DNA of 64,000 nt, taken from the IMG/VR virus record IMGVR_UViG_3300017744_000003, positions 9,000 to 72,999 of that record. One strand, 5' to 3'. Source of the DNA: a virus. Below the pieces are notes generated by a model. That model was not told the DNA's origin, made no database searches, and saw nothing but the letters and a program-made list of their open reading frames with translations. This document shows positions 38,737 to 47,927 of this stretch, piece after piece; position 1 is the first letter of the stretch; every line of letters begins with the position of its first letter. Position numbers and translations under genes: made by a program.

Positions 38737-40001
38737 ATGGCTGGTCGTTAAAAAAAGACGGATTTCTTCTTGATAAAGAAGCTCTTACTTTTGGTGAGGG
38801 AGACTTTAGGTGTGAAGTATACAAAGAATGTGAAGAAGGTCTACTTGTCCCTAGAGGTTACCAAGATTTTTCCCATGCTGATGATAGTGTTTCTCTAGGT
38901 GAACCTCTCTCCGAAATGACCCCTATCTCTCTTAGAGAAGAACAAGTACCCGCTGTCCAAGCCATCATGGACTTTTTGGACCGCCCAGGTAAGGGTGCTA
39001 TCTTGTTTGCCCCCTGTGGTAAAGGTAAGACAGTCATGGGACTTGAGATGATTAGGAGACTTGAGCGAAAGGCTCTCGTACTCGTTCATAAGTCTTTCTT
39101 AGTTGATCAGTGGATTGAACGTATATGCATGTTCCTACCTGATGCTAAAGTAGGTTTATGGCAAAGAGACAAGGTTCCTGTTGGTGATGAAGATATAGTA
39201 GTGGGCATGGTACAATCTATTATTAACACTAAAAGAGAATACCCCTCTCATTTCTATGAATCGTTTGGGACTATTGTGGCTGACGAGACTCATCGTTATG
39301 CAGCACCCCTTTGGCAAGAGGCTATTAGTCGGTTCACTGCTTCTTATCGTATAGGTCTTACTGCAACGCCAGAGCGTAAAGATGGCTTACACCATGTCTT
39401 CTATGCACACATAGGGCCTATCGTGTATTGGATGGAAGGTCATAAACGTCAACCATTGATATGGAGGATAGATACAGATACGACTTTTAATCTGCGTTCG
39501 TATCTTCTTTATAATGGTGAAGTAAACACTTCTAAACTAGTTACTATGATCTCTAAAGATGAAAGTAGAACTGACCGCATAGTTGACTTTGCTTTTAGAG
39601 CTTTAAAGAAGGGTAGAAAGGTTCTTATACTATCTGAGCGCGTGGCGCATACTAAAGAGATGGTGGACTTGTTGAAAACAAAAGTAAGTGATGACTTTCA
39701 ATGTGCTCTTTATATCGGCGGTATGAAACAATCTCAGAGAGAAAGCGCTTCTCATGCTGATGTGATATGTGGGACTTACGCAATGGCACAAGAAGGTTTA
39801 GATATCCCTACTTTGGATACCTTAATATTAGCCACACCTAAGACTAGTATCACTCAGAGTGTTGGGCGTATTCTAAGAGATTCTCCCGATAAAAAAGATC
39901 CGGTTGTGGTCGATTTTGTCGATCCTTTAATACCTATAATGAACGGTTATTGGGGAGCACGTAAGAGAACCTATACACAACTTGGTTATCTTTTCGTTTG
40001 A
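38733..40001 (+). CDS. Superfamily II DExH helicase
   Basis: APCGKGKT, ADETH, GLTATPERKDG, EGLDIP, QSVGRILR. Likely GTG start at 38733 overlapping the polymerase stop. Confidence 0.92.
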   Translation: MNGWSLKKDGFLLDKEALTFGEGDFRCEVYKECEEGLLVPRGYQDFSHADDSVSLGEPLSEMTPISLREEQVPAVQAIMDFLDRPGKGAILFAPCGKGKTVMGLEMIRRLERKALVLVHKSFLVDQWIERICMFLPDAKVGLWQRDKVPVGDEDIVVGMVQSIINTKREYPSHFYESFGTIVADETHRYAAPLWQEAISRFTASYRIGLTATPERKDGLHHVFYAHIGPIVYWMEGHKRQPLIWRIDTDTTFNLRSYLLYNGEVNTSKLVTMISKDESRTDRIVDFAFRALKKGRKVLILSERVAHTKEMVDLLKTKVSDDFQCALYIGGMKQSQRESASHADVICGTYAMAQEGLDIPTLDTLILATPKTSITQSVGRILRDSPDKKDPVVVDFVDPLIPIMNGYWGARKRTYTQLGYLFV

Positions 40002-40026
40002 CATACTTCTCTAGGTGCCTTACTTT
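39998..40026 (+). promoter_or_regulatory. Sigma70-like promoter TTGACA-N17-TACTTT
   Basis: Consensus -35, 17-nt spacer and TAnnnT -10, upstream of an AAGGAGG SD and the ATG at 40046. Confidence 0.65.
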
Positions 40027-40045
40027 GGTTTTCAAGGAGGTTCTA

Positions 40046-40408
40046 ATGACTCTAAGAGAACTAGTGATTGAATATCACAAAACATTGCAAGATATTAAAA
40101 GTCTTGAAACAAGGAAAAAAGACCTAAAGTCTCGTATTGACTTGTCTTTATCTACACAAGATACTAACAAGTACCAAGACAGCCAGTATTCAGCAATCTT
40201 GTCTGAACATCAAAGAGTAAAGTATGACCTAGAAGGTATTGAGCACCTTCTTCTACATAAGGGTATACCTACTGCTAGGTTTTTAGAAAGCAAGGTTGAC
40301 TTGAAGCGTGTAGAAGAACTTATTGCCGAAGGTTCTGTGGATGCTCAAGAAATTGCGGAGTATGCAGAGGTCAAGACCATAAAAACACTTACCGTGAAGG
40401 GATCATAA
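40046..40408 (+). CDS. Hypothetical protein with an N-terminal coiled coil
   Basis: A strong SD supports a start at 40046 rather than the TTG at 39998. Confidence 0.65.
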   Translation: MTLRELVIEYHKTLQDIKSLETRKKDLKSRIDLSLSTQDTNKYQDSQYSAILSEHQRVKYDLEGIEHLLLHKGIPTARFLESKVDLKRVEELIAEGSVDAQEIAEYAEVKTIKTLTVKGS

Positions 40409-40980
40409 TGTCTGAGGACACAAAAAAAGTAAAGAGCCGTTCCAGTTATCAGCGTGAGTATTACTTAAAGAACAAAGAACGTATAAAGAACGCTCGTAGT
40501 AAGCGTTATGAAAACGATCACGAGTTTAGAGATCGTATCAACTTACAACGCAGAAAATCTCGCAACTTAAAAAGTATGGATAGCTATCAGTCGATAGGAA
40601 CTGTCAAGGAAGAAGAGGTAGATGTTTTGGAAGATTGCATGATGAAGGTTATGTCTGCGGATCGGAGTAAGAGTCACATATGCAAAATGTATTCAATCAC
40701 CGGAGTGGCAATGCGTGTACGTGTTGATAAGAAGCGTTTAGAACATCTAATATACCAAGGTAAAGTACCTAGAGCCCGATACCGAAATATTAAAGGTTGG
40801 CGAGTGTACACTGAGTACGAACTTAAGGTTTTAATGAAGGCGTTTGCCCGATTTAGGAAGAAAGCAACTTTGAACAACTACAAGTTTAGATTCACTAAAG
40901 AAATGGCAGACTACATAAACCTTAAGTTCTCTAAACTTGTAGGTGGTATTCCAACCGATATGTACACAGACGAAGGATAA
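40408..40980 (+). CDS. Basic protein with a MerR-like HTH
   Basis: MYSITGVAMRV.V....L......G.VP...RNIKGWRVYTE.EL. Confidence 0.6.
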   Translation: MSEDTKKVKSRSSYQREYYLKNKERIKNARSKRYENDHEFRDRINLQRRKSRNLKSMDSYQSIGTVKEEEVDVLEDCMMKVMSADRSKSHICKMYSITGVAMRVRVDKKRLEHLIYQGKVPRARYRNIKGWRVYTEYELKVLMKAFARFRKKATLNNYKFRFTKEMADYINLKFSKLVGGIPTDMYTDEG

Positions 40981-40984
40981 AGAC

Positions 40985-41197
40985 ATGAATGACGATAAAG
41001 CAAAAGTTAAAGCATACGCTTCTCTCAAGATTAACCTTGGTAACTATGAGAGCGCAGGGATTGAAGCGGGTATCGAGCTTCCTTGCAATGTAGAAGATGT
41101 TCCAAAAGAGTTTGAACGCGCCTGGGCAGAAGTTTACCGCCAACTTGACTTAAAGGCGGAAGAGATACGTCAAGGACTGCAAGGTCGTAAGCCATGA
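40985..41197 (+). CDS. Small hypothetical phage protein
   Basis: KINLGNYESAGIEAG; AAGGA SD before the ATG at 40985. Confidence 0.65.
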   Translation: MNDDKAKVKAYASLKINLGNYESAGIEAGIELPCNVEDVPKEFERAWAEVYRQLDLKAEEIRQGLQGRKP

Positions 41198-42324
41198 GTC
41201 TTGAAGACCTAATAAAGAAGATTAATAAGAGTTATGGAGACGATTGCTTTGTACAAGCGTCGAAGTCTGAAAAGTTGAATGTTCGGAAACGGATTGAAAC
41301 AGGCATATTAAGTTTTGACTTAGCTTTGGGTGGAGGTATTCCGTTAGGAACTGTTCTTACACTTAAAGGTGAGTATTCTAGCGGTAAGTCTGCTTTGGCT
41401 CATCGTATAGGTGCAAGTTTTCAACGTACTTGTCGAAACTGTGGCGGTTCACTTGTGTTGTGGAATGAAATTGTACAAGACGGTGCTGAAGTAGCTTGCT
41501 GCGACGCACCGGAACCCATGAGGGTTGTATGGTTTGACGCAGAAGGTTCTTATCAAAACTCTTGGGCAGAGCGTCTTGGTATGCGCTCTGATAAGACTTA
41601 TGTGATTCGTACTGAGTTTGCAGAGCAGGGTATAGATATAGCTGACTCTGTTATTAGGAGTGGTGAATGTGACCTACTTGTTGTCGACAGTGTTGCTCAC
41701 TTAACTCCTAGTGTAGAGATTGAACAGAGTTCAGAGAAGTGGCAGGTTGGTGTACATGCTCGATTGATGAACAAAGCAATGCGTAAGTGGGTAAGCGCAC
41801 AAAACGCTGTGGGTATGACCAAAGTAGTTCCGCCCACAATTCTACTGATCAATCAAATAAGAATGAAAGTAGGTGTTATCTATGGTTCGCCTGAGACCTC
41901 CCCAGGGGGGAAAGGAATGGACTTCGCTTCAAGTGTCATCTGTAAGGTAAAGCGTAAAGGCTTTATTGAGGACAAAGCGGGGAGCGCACCTTTCGGTCAG
42001 AATATGGAAGTAACCATACAAAAGAACAAGACAGCGCCACCCAATAGGTCTTGCTTATTCAGTCTGTTCTTTAGAGACTCTATGCCTTATGTAGCGGGTG
42101 CTTCTAATATTGCAGAACAGATTGTTGCTGTTGGTGAATATTGGGGTCTAGTCAAGAAGACTGGAGCTTGGTATGAGTTACCTAATGGTGAAAAGTATCA
42201 AGGTCTTTTGAAGACTGCGGAAGCGCTATCCAATGACGAACCTGCTTTCTTTGACATGAAAGATGAGATATGGCGCAAAGAAGTAGATTGGATGGACGGG
42301 GACATTTACGATGAAGACACCTAG
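41194..42324 (+). CDS. recA: RecA-family recombinase with a Cys-rich insertion
   Basis: TGILSFDLALGGGIP.G, GEYSSGKS, FDAEG, VVDSVA, INQIRMKVGV.YGSPETSPGG, KNKTAPP. Confidence 0.93.
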   Translation: MSLEDLIKKINKSYGDDCFVQASKSEKLNVRKRIETGILSFDLALGGGIPLGTVLTLKGEYSSGKSALAHRIGASFQRTCRNCGGSLVLWNEIVQDGAEVACCDAPEPMRVVWFDAEGSYQNSWAERLGMRSDKTYVIRTEFAEQGIDIADSVIRSGECDLLVVDSVAHLTPSVEIEQSSEKWQVGVHARLMNKAMRKWVSAQNAVGMTKVVPPTILLINQIRMKVGVIYGSPETSPGGKGMDFASSVICKVKRKGFIEDKAGSAPFGQNMEVTIQKNKTAPPNRSCLFSLFFRDSMPYVAGASNIAEQIVAVGEYWGLVKKTGAWYELPNGEKYQGLLKTAEALSNDEPAFFDMKDEIWRKEVDWMDGDIYDEDT

Positions 42325-42709
42325 TCTAGGTGGAAAACGACCACGGCCTAATGCTTTTGACGACACTACTCCTAAGTGTAACAAGAGTAGGTCTGTTGTA
42401 CATGAAGACCGATTGCAAGGTGTATTGAGGAGCAAAGCGACACCTAACAGTGGTGCTTTACCCGAAATCAGTTACAAAGGTGATCTGCAAGATGGTCTAT
42501 TTGTTTGGCAGGCTAAACTAACTGATAAAGATCGTTTTACGATTACGTCAGATGTGCTAGTAGAATTAAAGAGACAAGCGTCTCTAAACTCAAAGTGGCC
42601 AGGTGTCGCTTTAACCTTGGAAGGGTTACCTAGTCATATGGAGAAAGATTGGGTTATGTTACCCGCCAGTGTATTCGGTGAACTTATTGACGAATACACT
42701 AAACACTAA
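42311..42709 (+). CDS. Putative Holliday junction resolvase (PD-(D/E)xK)
   Basis: E..L......TPNSGA....KGD.......QAK.T; follows recA. Confidence 0.7.
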   Translation: MKTPSLGGKRPRPNAFDDTTPKCNKSRSVVHEDRLQGVLRSKATPNSGALPEISYKGDLQDGLFVWQAKLTDKDRFTITSDVLVELKRQASLNSKWPGVALTLEGLPSHMEKDWVMLPASVFGELIDEYTKH

Positions 42710-42740
42710 CTTTACTTTTCAACAACTTAAGGAAAAAGAC

Positions 42741-43646
42741 ATGGAAATCAAAAACATAAATATTGAAGACATTGACTATAGTTACATTGAAAACTGCCGT
42801 ACCTCTATAGAGGTTGAAGACCTTCGTGAGTCTATTGAAGCCACCGGTCTACAGACACCTATTGGTGTTGTTTTACAGGGTGAAGGTAAGTTTGGTTTGG
42901 TTTATGGTTTTCGTAGACTAAACGCTTGTTCTAGTTTGGGTTGGATTACTATACCTGCAAGTATTGTTTCAGCAGACAACCAAGCAGACTTGTTGGTCAT
43001 GAACTTACAAGAGAACGTCAGTAGGCAGAGTTTAACTCCAATGGAAGAGGCTTATGCGATCAAACGGATTATGGACGCAGGTAAAGACGTTGATGAGTTT
43101 AGGGCAGCACTGGGTTGGTCTAAAACACTAATCACACAAAGACTTGGGCTTTTAGACTTAAGTCTTGAGATTCAAGAAGCACTTGAAGAGGATAAGATCT
43201 CCGTCAACCAGGCAAGAGCTATCGACGAAGCAGAGCATGAGCACCACGGGTCTTTGATTGTATTAGCGGAAGAAGGGACTACTGTTAAGGCTCTAAAAGA
43301 AGAGATTGAACAACTCAACCGAGTTGTTGGTCCCGACGATGAAGTGACTCTAGTCCTCGATGAGGATAATGATTTATTGCTAGATGAAGAAGAGGATTAT
43401 GATTCTTCCAAAGAAGACGCTAAGGCTTTAGCGGAGGCTAACTCCAACTTGGTAAAAGCTACTTTGTTGGACTGTGGTGCAAAGGTGCTTACAGGAGATT
43501 CTTCTTGGTGGGCTTACCAAGTTGCTATTTCAAGTATCGACTTTAGTCGATTACCCTCCGGAGAGTTAGCTGCTCTTGTAAATGCCATACAAAACCTTGC
43601 GGGGGATCATGGTCTTGACGCTTGGGGCGAAGGTTCTAAGAGATGA
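42741..43646 (+). CDS. ParB/Spo0J-like protein (ParB-N + HTH + acidic tail)
   Basis: LRESIEATGLQTPIGV, LVYGFRRLNAC, ENVSRQSLTPMEEAYAI, HTH LGWSKTLITQRLGLL. AAGGA SD before 42741. Confidence 0.88.
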   Translation: MEIKNINIEDIDYSYIENCRTSIEVEDLRESIEATGLQTPIGVVLQGEGKFGLVYGFRRLNACSSLGWITIPASIVSADNQADLLVMNLQENVSRQSLTPMEEAYAIKRIMDAGKDVDEFRAALGWSKTLITQRLGLLDLSLEIQEALEEDKISVNQARAIDEAEHEHHGSLIVLAEEGTTVKALKEEIEQLNRVVGPDDEVTLVLDEDNDLLLDEEEDYDSSKEDAKALAEANSNLVKATLLDCGAKVLTGDSSWWAYQVAISSIDFSRLPSGELAALVNAIQNLAGDHGLDAWGEGSKR

Positions 43647-44470
43647 GTCTGACTAGTCTCATAAAGAACCTACATAAAGCAGGTGGTAACCCTTCGTTAT
43701 CCGCAGAGATAGAAAAGCATTTTATCCGAAAAGCAAACGAGTTTGACTTAGAAAAGTTTGAAGATCGTTTAACGCGATTCCACCCTAGTCAAGTTAGTTA
43801 TTGGGGTGTCTGCCCTAGAGCTTACTATCTTACGATGAAGAGAGAAGAGTTGGGCATTGCCTTAAATAAGCCAAAGCCACATGAGACTTCTTTACTAAGA
43901 ATATTTGAGCATGGTCATTCTATTCACGCTTTATATCAAGACAAGATACTTGGCCCCGCAGGTGTTCTATATGGTAAATGGGAGTTAAATGGGGTCACCC
44001 AGGAGGGTTTCCAACCTTCACCAGAGTGGAAGTATGTTGAACCACGCTTGTGGTGGACTGAAAAGCGCATTAGTGGGTACTGCGATGGGTTTCTTAAACT
44101 AAATAATAAGTGGTACTTATTGGAGATTAAGTCATCTAACGATATGTCTTTTAGGTATTTGAAGCGAAGCGGTCAACCAAGAGAGTATCATTCAAGGCAA
44201 GCGCAGATCTATATGCAAGCGCCCCATGACCTTTCTGTGAAGCCCACTATTCAAGGAGCATTTATACTGTATGTGAATAAGGACACAGGCGAGGAACTTG
44301 ATCTTTTTATTGAGAATGACCCAAGCCGTATTGAGCCTATAATGCAGCAAATAGATATAGCTATAGACTCGCTAGATAGTCCGGTTGTTCCCATGCGGGT
44401 AGATGACTGTAAGAGTAACCGAAGCAAACGTGCAAAAGATTGCGTTGCTTGTAGTGTCTGTTTTACATGA
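43643..44470 (+). CDS. Cas4/RecB-like PD-(D/E)xK exonuclease
   Basis: HPSQ...CPR, GHSIH, GYCDG, LEIKS, QAQIY and a C-terminal Cys cluster. Confidence 0.85.
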   Translation: MSLTSLIKNLHKAGGNPSLSAEIEKHFIRKANEFDLEKFEDRLTRFHPSQVSYWGVCPRAYYLTMKREELGIALNKPKPHETSLLRIFEHGHSIHALYQDKILGPAGVLYGKWELNGVTQEGFQPSPEWKYVEPRLWWTEKRISGYCDGFLKLNNKWYLLEIKSSNDMSFRYLKRSGQPREYHSRQAQIYMQAPHDLSVKPTIQGAFILYVNKDTGEELDLFIENDPSRIEPIMQQIDIAIDSLDSPVVPMRVDDCKSNRSKRAKDCVACSVCFT

Positions 44471-44474
44471 GGTT

Positions 44475-44942
44475 ATGATGGTTGATCAAAAAGTAGTAGA
44501 CTTTGGACTTCACACTAGAAAACTGATCATGGCGCTTGGACTTACTGCTCCTGCTTCCCCTACGGTAGAACTAGTATTCCCAAATGACCTAAGTAAACTA
44601 GCAGACCAGGAACTTGCCCAACACTTGAGTTATTGGGCTTCGATGACCGCCTACGCTCATCAGAAGGTAGCGGTTCTTGAAGGAGCCCTGGTTCATTCTA
44701 AGAATGAATACGAGCAAGAATATGACTTAAGATTGTATAACAAGTCGGGAAATAGTATATCAGAACGTAAGATAGCACTTGGTGCTTCAAAGGTGTTGAG
44801 GGATATGAAAGTTCGGCTAACTACCATTGAAGCGGATCTTAAAGTGTTAAAATCTATCCTCATAGGTTATGATCTCAAGAACTCTGCGGTTAGTAGAGAA
44901 ATAACAAGAAGACATAATGAGAGGAATCTTAGAGATGGATAA
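44475..44942 (+). CDS. Helical protein, possibly a UvsY-like recombination mediator
   Basis: Coiled-coil pattern ending SREITRR, in the recombination cluster. GAGG SD. Confidence 0.45.
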   Translation: MMVDQKVVDFGLHTRKLIMALGLTAPASPTVELVFPNDLSKLADQELAQHLSYWASMTAYAHQKVAVLEGALVHSKNEYEQEYDLRLYNKSGNSISERKIALGASKVLRDMKVRLTTIEADLKVLKSILIGYDLKNSAVSREITRRHNERNLRDG

Positions 44943-45210
44943 TGACAAGTTAATCAATTTGAAAGTAGCAGGACGCTCTGACCCTTCATCTGTAGCAGGT
45001 AGCGTAGTAAAGAATATTAATGAAGATAGAACCGTGACACTTACCGCCATTGGCGCGGGAGCGGTTAACCAAATGCTTAAAGCCGTAACAATTGCTAGAT
45101 CTATGTCGGCAAGTAGTGGACTTGACTTATTTTTTACTAGCGGGTTTTCTACAGAGATCATCAATGGAGAAGAGAAGACAGCTATGCGGATATTTGTAAA
45201 GCAAAGATAA
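44935..45210 (+). CDS. spoVS: SpoVS-family protein
   Basis: LKVAGRSDPSSVAGSV...AIGAGAVNQMLKAVTIAR...SGLDL...F....INGEEKTAMRIFV matches SpoVS over its full length. Confidence 0.92.
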   Translation: MDNDKLINLKVAGRSDPSSVAGSVVKNINEDRTVTLTAIGAGAVNQMLKAVTIARSMSASSGLDLFFTSGFSTEIINGEEKTAMRIFVKQR

Positions 45211-45533
45211 TGTTTACGATCACCTATAATATGCAAATGCCTTCGGGTATTTTAATGTTTGAAATTGAGTTGATGGTTTCTGATCTTAACGAAGGTGAGG
45301 CATGTAGCGCACCTAAGTTGAAAGAAGCACTGATCAGTTGGTGGGAAGACCCTGAAGCACCAAGAAGAACACCGGAAGAGGCTTGCCTTGGTGCTTGGGC
45401 GTGTTTAACTGATTACCTAGTCGCTCAAAGAGAGCACAACCGAGTTCAATGTTCCAAAGTAAGCCTAGAAACTTCTGGGCATAAAGTAAGATTCATACCA
45501 ACAGAAGATACATGGAGTAAAGTTTATGTCTGA
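45210..45533 (+). CDS. Hypothetical protein
   Basis: 107 aa, TAATG-coupled. Confidence 0.6.
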   Translation: MFTITYNMQMPSGILMFEIELMVSDLNEGEACSAPKLKEALISWWEDPEAPRRTPEEACLGAWACLTDYLVAQREHNRVQCSKVSLETSGHKVRFIPTEDTWSKVYV

Positions 45534-45951
45534 GTATAGAGAAAACCAAGACAACTTCGTAGAAGATACAGTAAAAGAAGAGCAGCCCTCTGTTGAGGAA
45601 GCATCTACCAAGGTAGATCCTGAAACAGAGTTCAACCCATCTAATCCAGATCTAAAAGACAATCAGATTGATGAGGATATCGTCACCGCAGTTTTGTTGA
45701 TCAAGAACAGACAAGGAGCGGTATTACCCGTGACGAATCTTGACTCTTTGAAGATGGATAGACAGGCAAATGCACATGAGGTTCTACGTATGTGTGCAGA
45801 TGTTCAAGACCAAATTGGTGCGATTCGTATCGTTGGTGAACTCGCGCAAATCTTCCAACACCTAAATCAGTCTTCTTTAAAGAGTATTGCAGACTTGATG
45901 AACGTGAAGATGAATCAGAATGTGACAGGAACTACCGACTCTGATAGTTGA
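45526..45951 (+). CDS. Hypothetical acidic protein
   Basis: 141 aa with a GGAG SD. Confidence 0.65.
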   Translation: MSEYRENQDNFVEDTVKEEQPSVEEASTKVDPETEFNPSNPDLKDNQIDEDIVTAVLLIKNRQGAVLPVTNLDSLKMDRQANAHEVLRMCADVQDQIGAIRIVGELAQIFQHLNQSSLKSIADLMNVKMNQNVTGTTDSDS

Positions 45952-45995
45952 ATGTGTTATGTCATAATGTAATACTTTAAACAGGAGGTTACATT

Positions 45996-46376
45996 ATGGC
46001 TAAGAAATACAATGATCAATGGTTCGTTCCGCCAAAAGGTGTCCAAAAGGCAGCAGAGCGGGGTCTAAAAGATCGTAAGAAGTACGGTCGCGGTGGCTTA
46101 ACAAACAAGCAAGCCTCAGAACAAGGTATTGGTTCTGGGGTGCAACGTGCGGTTAATCTGAAGAATGGTAACAAGGTATCGCCTCAAACCATTAAGCGTA
46201 TGAAGAGCTTCTTTGCTAGGCATGAGAAGAACAAAAACTCTCGCAAACCTAATGGAGAACCTGGTGCCGGTAAAATCGCTTGGGACTTGTGGGGGGGTGA
46301 CGCAGGTAAAAGGTGGGCTGAGTCTACTGCTAAAAAAATGGAACGCGCAGACGAGTTGGATAAAAAAAGACGTTAA
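45996..46376 (+). CDS. Basic phage protein of unknown function
   Basis: AGGAGG SD. PP.GV...A.RGL...GVQRA...TIKRM.SFFARH...IAW.LWGG motif recalled from phage proteins. Confidence 0.75.
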   Translation: MAKKYNDQWFVPPKGVQKAAERGLKDRKKYGRGGLTNKQASEQGIGSGVQRAVNLKNGNKVSPQTIKRMKSFFARHEKNKNSRKPNGEPGAGKIAWDLWGGDAGKRWAESTAKKMERADELDKKRR

Positions 46377-46523
46377 AATCTATCGATAAAATCTATCGAT
46401 AAAATCTATCGTAAAAAAGTACGGTAAAATCTATCGATAAAATCCCGATGAAAGAGTGTGTTTGTATAAAATCTATCGATAGATTTTATACATCGCTCTT
46501 ATATATATATATATAACTAAGAG
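46375..46523. repeat. Candidate replication origin: AAAATCTATCGAT iterons, 30-bp perfect palindrome and (AT)n tract
   Basis: About five direct copies of the 13-mer, the palindrome TGTATAAAATCTATC|GATAGATTTTATACA at 46463-46492, then a TATATA run. The repeats are certain; the origin role is inferred. Confidence 0.7.
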
Positions 46524-46544
46524 ATACTATATAAGTGAGATGAG

Positions 46545-47927
46545 ATGAGAGTCTGTTTAAGTGGAGTTGTTAGAGAAGAGCGCCTAGATAAAATATTGGA
46601 AGCTAAGGTTAGGAGTGTTGTTTTAGATTACTCGGTTGTTAAAGATCTCAGCCTAGATTGGTTTGAAGATAACCGTGACCAGTTTGATTGTATTATGTTG
46701 GAGTACGATCTAACTGGTGCGTGGTCTAGGATGAAGTACCTTTGGGGAGGCGAAACAGATCGTGTTCTCAGAGCTATAGAAAAGCATGGTAGTTTGTCAA
46801 ATGCGAAAGAACACCTTCTTTCTAAGCTAGATCAACGAGTGACTAGTTATCTAAGTTTCTGTAATAATATTGAAGGCTTGATTGATGTTATTTGGCTTCC
46901 TTTCCTACCTAATATGGGTTGTTCTAGGTGGGAAAAGTTGTTGAAAAGTACCAAGATAGGTTACACCTTATGGTCTTTCAACGAGATCGATACTATTATT
47001 CATAACTATTCTTACGTAGGTATACCGAGTTCGTTTGATACCGAAGTCGTGAAGGTTGAAATGAAGCCTTATATTGCCTCTCTAAAGTCGTTTGGTATTA
47101 AAACGCATAGGTGGGGTAGGGTAGACAAGGAAACGCTCCTTACGGGCTTATTCTGGAGTGCTTCAAGTTCTAACTGGTTAAGTGGTTCTAAATACGGAGT
47201 CACTTTTGAATACGTAGGAAACCTAAAACTTGTTACACATCATGGGTCTAAAGGCTCAGGTAAGTCAGTAAGAAACAAGCTCAAGTCTAAATGTGAAACT
47301 TTATCCCTTGACCATTGTCTATTGATGAGCGATGACCGTAGGACTGTTGACCTGTGGAATCTCTCTCAGTGGGAAGCCTACTCAACAGAAGCAAACCGAG
47401 TAGGTGGTTACTGGACAAAGAGGGAGGCAGCAGTGAGTAAAGATCAGTTACCTGTAGTTAACAATCAGACAGAATCAAGCCTTGCAACTTCTAGTCAGTT
47501 TGGTTCATACTTACGGACTTGTAATTCATGTTACCTCAGTGCAAATTGCCCTGCATTTGAGCCCGACAATAACTGTAGAATATCGACAACCCCCAAGGTG
47601 GACACGCCCGAAGACGTTCAGCAACTTATCAACAAAGTTATTCAGATACAGGGTGAGAGAGTCTTGTTCGCTTCTATGTCCGAAAGGATTCAGAACGCAG
47701 GACTCAACCCCGAGGTATCTTCTGAGATGGAGACTTTGACGAAGTTAATGAAGGACGCCAGGGAAATTGCTTCGCCTATAGGTGAGGACGAGGTTTTAAT
47801 AAAAGCTAAGGGATCTGGAGTGATCTCGCGTTTATTCGGCGGTTATGGAAGATCGGGTGGAGGTTCTAAACCATCTACGTCAGAGAGAATCATAGATATC
47901 TCTCCTATGGAGTCAGAAGATGACTAA
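46545..47927 (+). CDS. Degenerate TGT/DpdA-like barrel fused to a Cys4 C-terminal domain
   Basis: KTHRWG...WSASSSNWLSGSKYG resembles the H.G...SxDS(S/T)W..G..YG signature. C-terminal CNSCYLSANCPAF...C. Confidence 0.5.
   Translation: MRVCLSGVVREERLDKILEAKVRSVVLDYSVVKDLSLDWFEDNRDQFDCIMLEYDLTGAWSRMKYLWGGETDRVLRAIEKHGSLSNAKEHLLSKLDQRVTSYLSFCNNIEGLIDVIWLPFLPNMGCSRWEKLLKSTKIGYTLWSFNEIDTIIHNYSYVGIPSSFDTEVVKVEMKPYIASLKSFGIKTHRWGRVDKETLLTGLFWSASSSNWLSGSKYGVTFEYVGNLKLVTHHGSKGSGKSVRNKLKSKCETLSLDHCLLMSDDRRTVDLWNLSQWEAYSTEANRVGGYWTKREAAVSKDQLPVVNNQTESSLATSSQFGSYLRTCNSCYLSANCPAFEPDNNCRISTTPKVDTPEDVQQLINKVIQIQGERVLFASMSERIQNAGLNPEVSSEMETLTKLMKDAREIASPIGEDEVLIKAKGSGVISRLFGGYGRSGGGSKPSTSERIIDISPMESEDD

Noticed and set aside
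43643-44470. Cas4 as evidence of a CRISPR-Cas system
   Set aside because: Stand-alone Cas4-like nucleases are common in phage recombination modules, and there is no cas1/cas2 or array.
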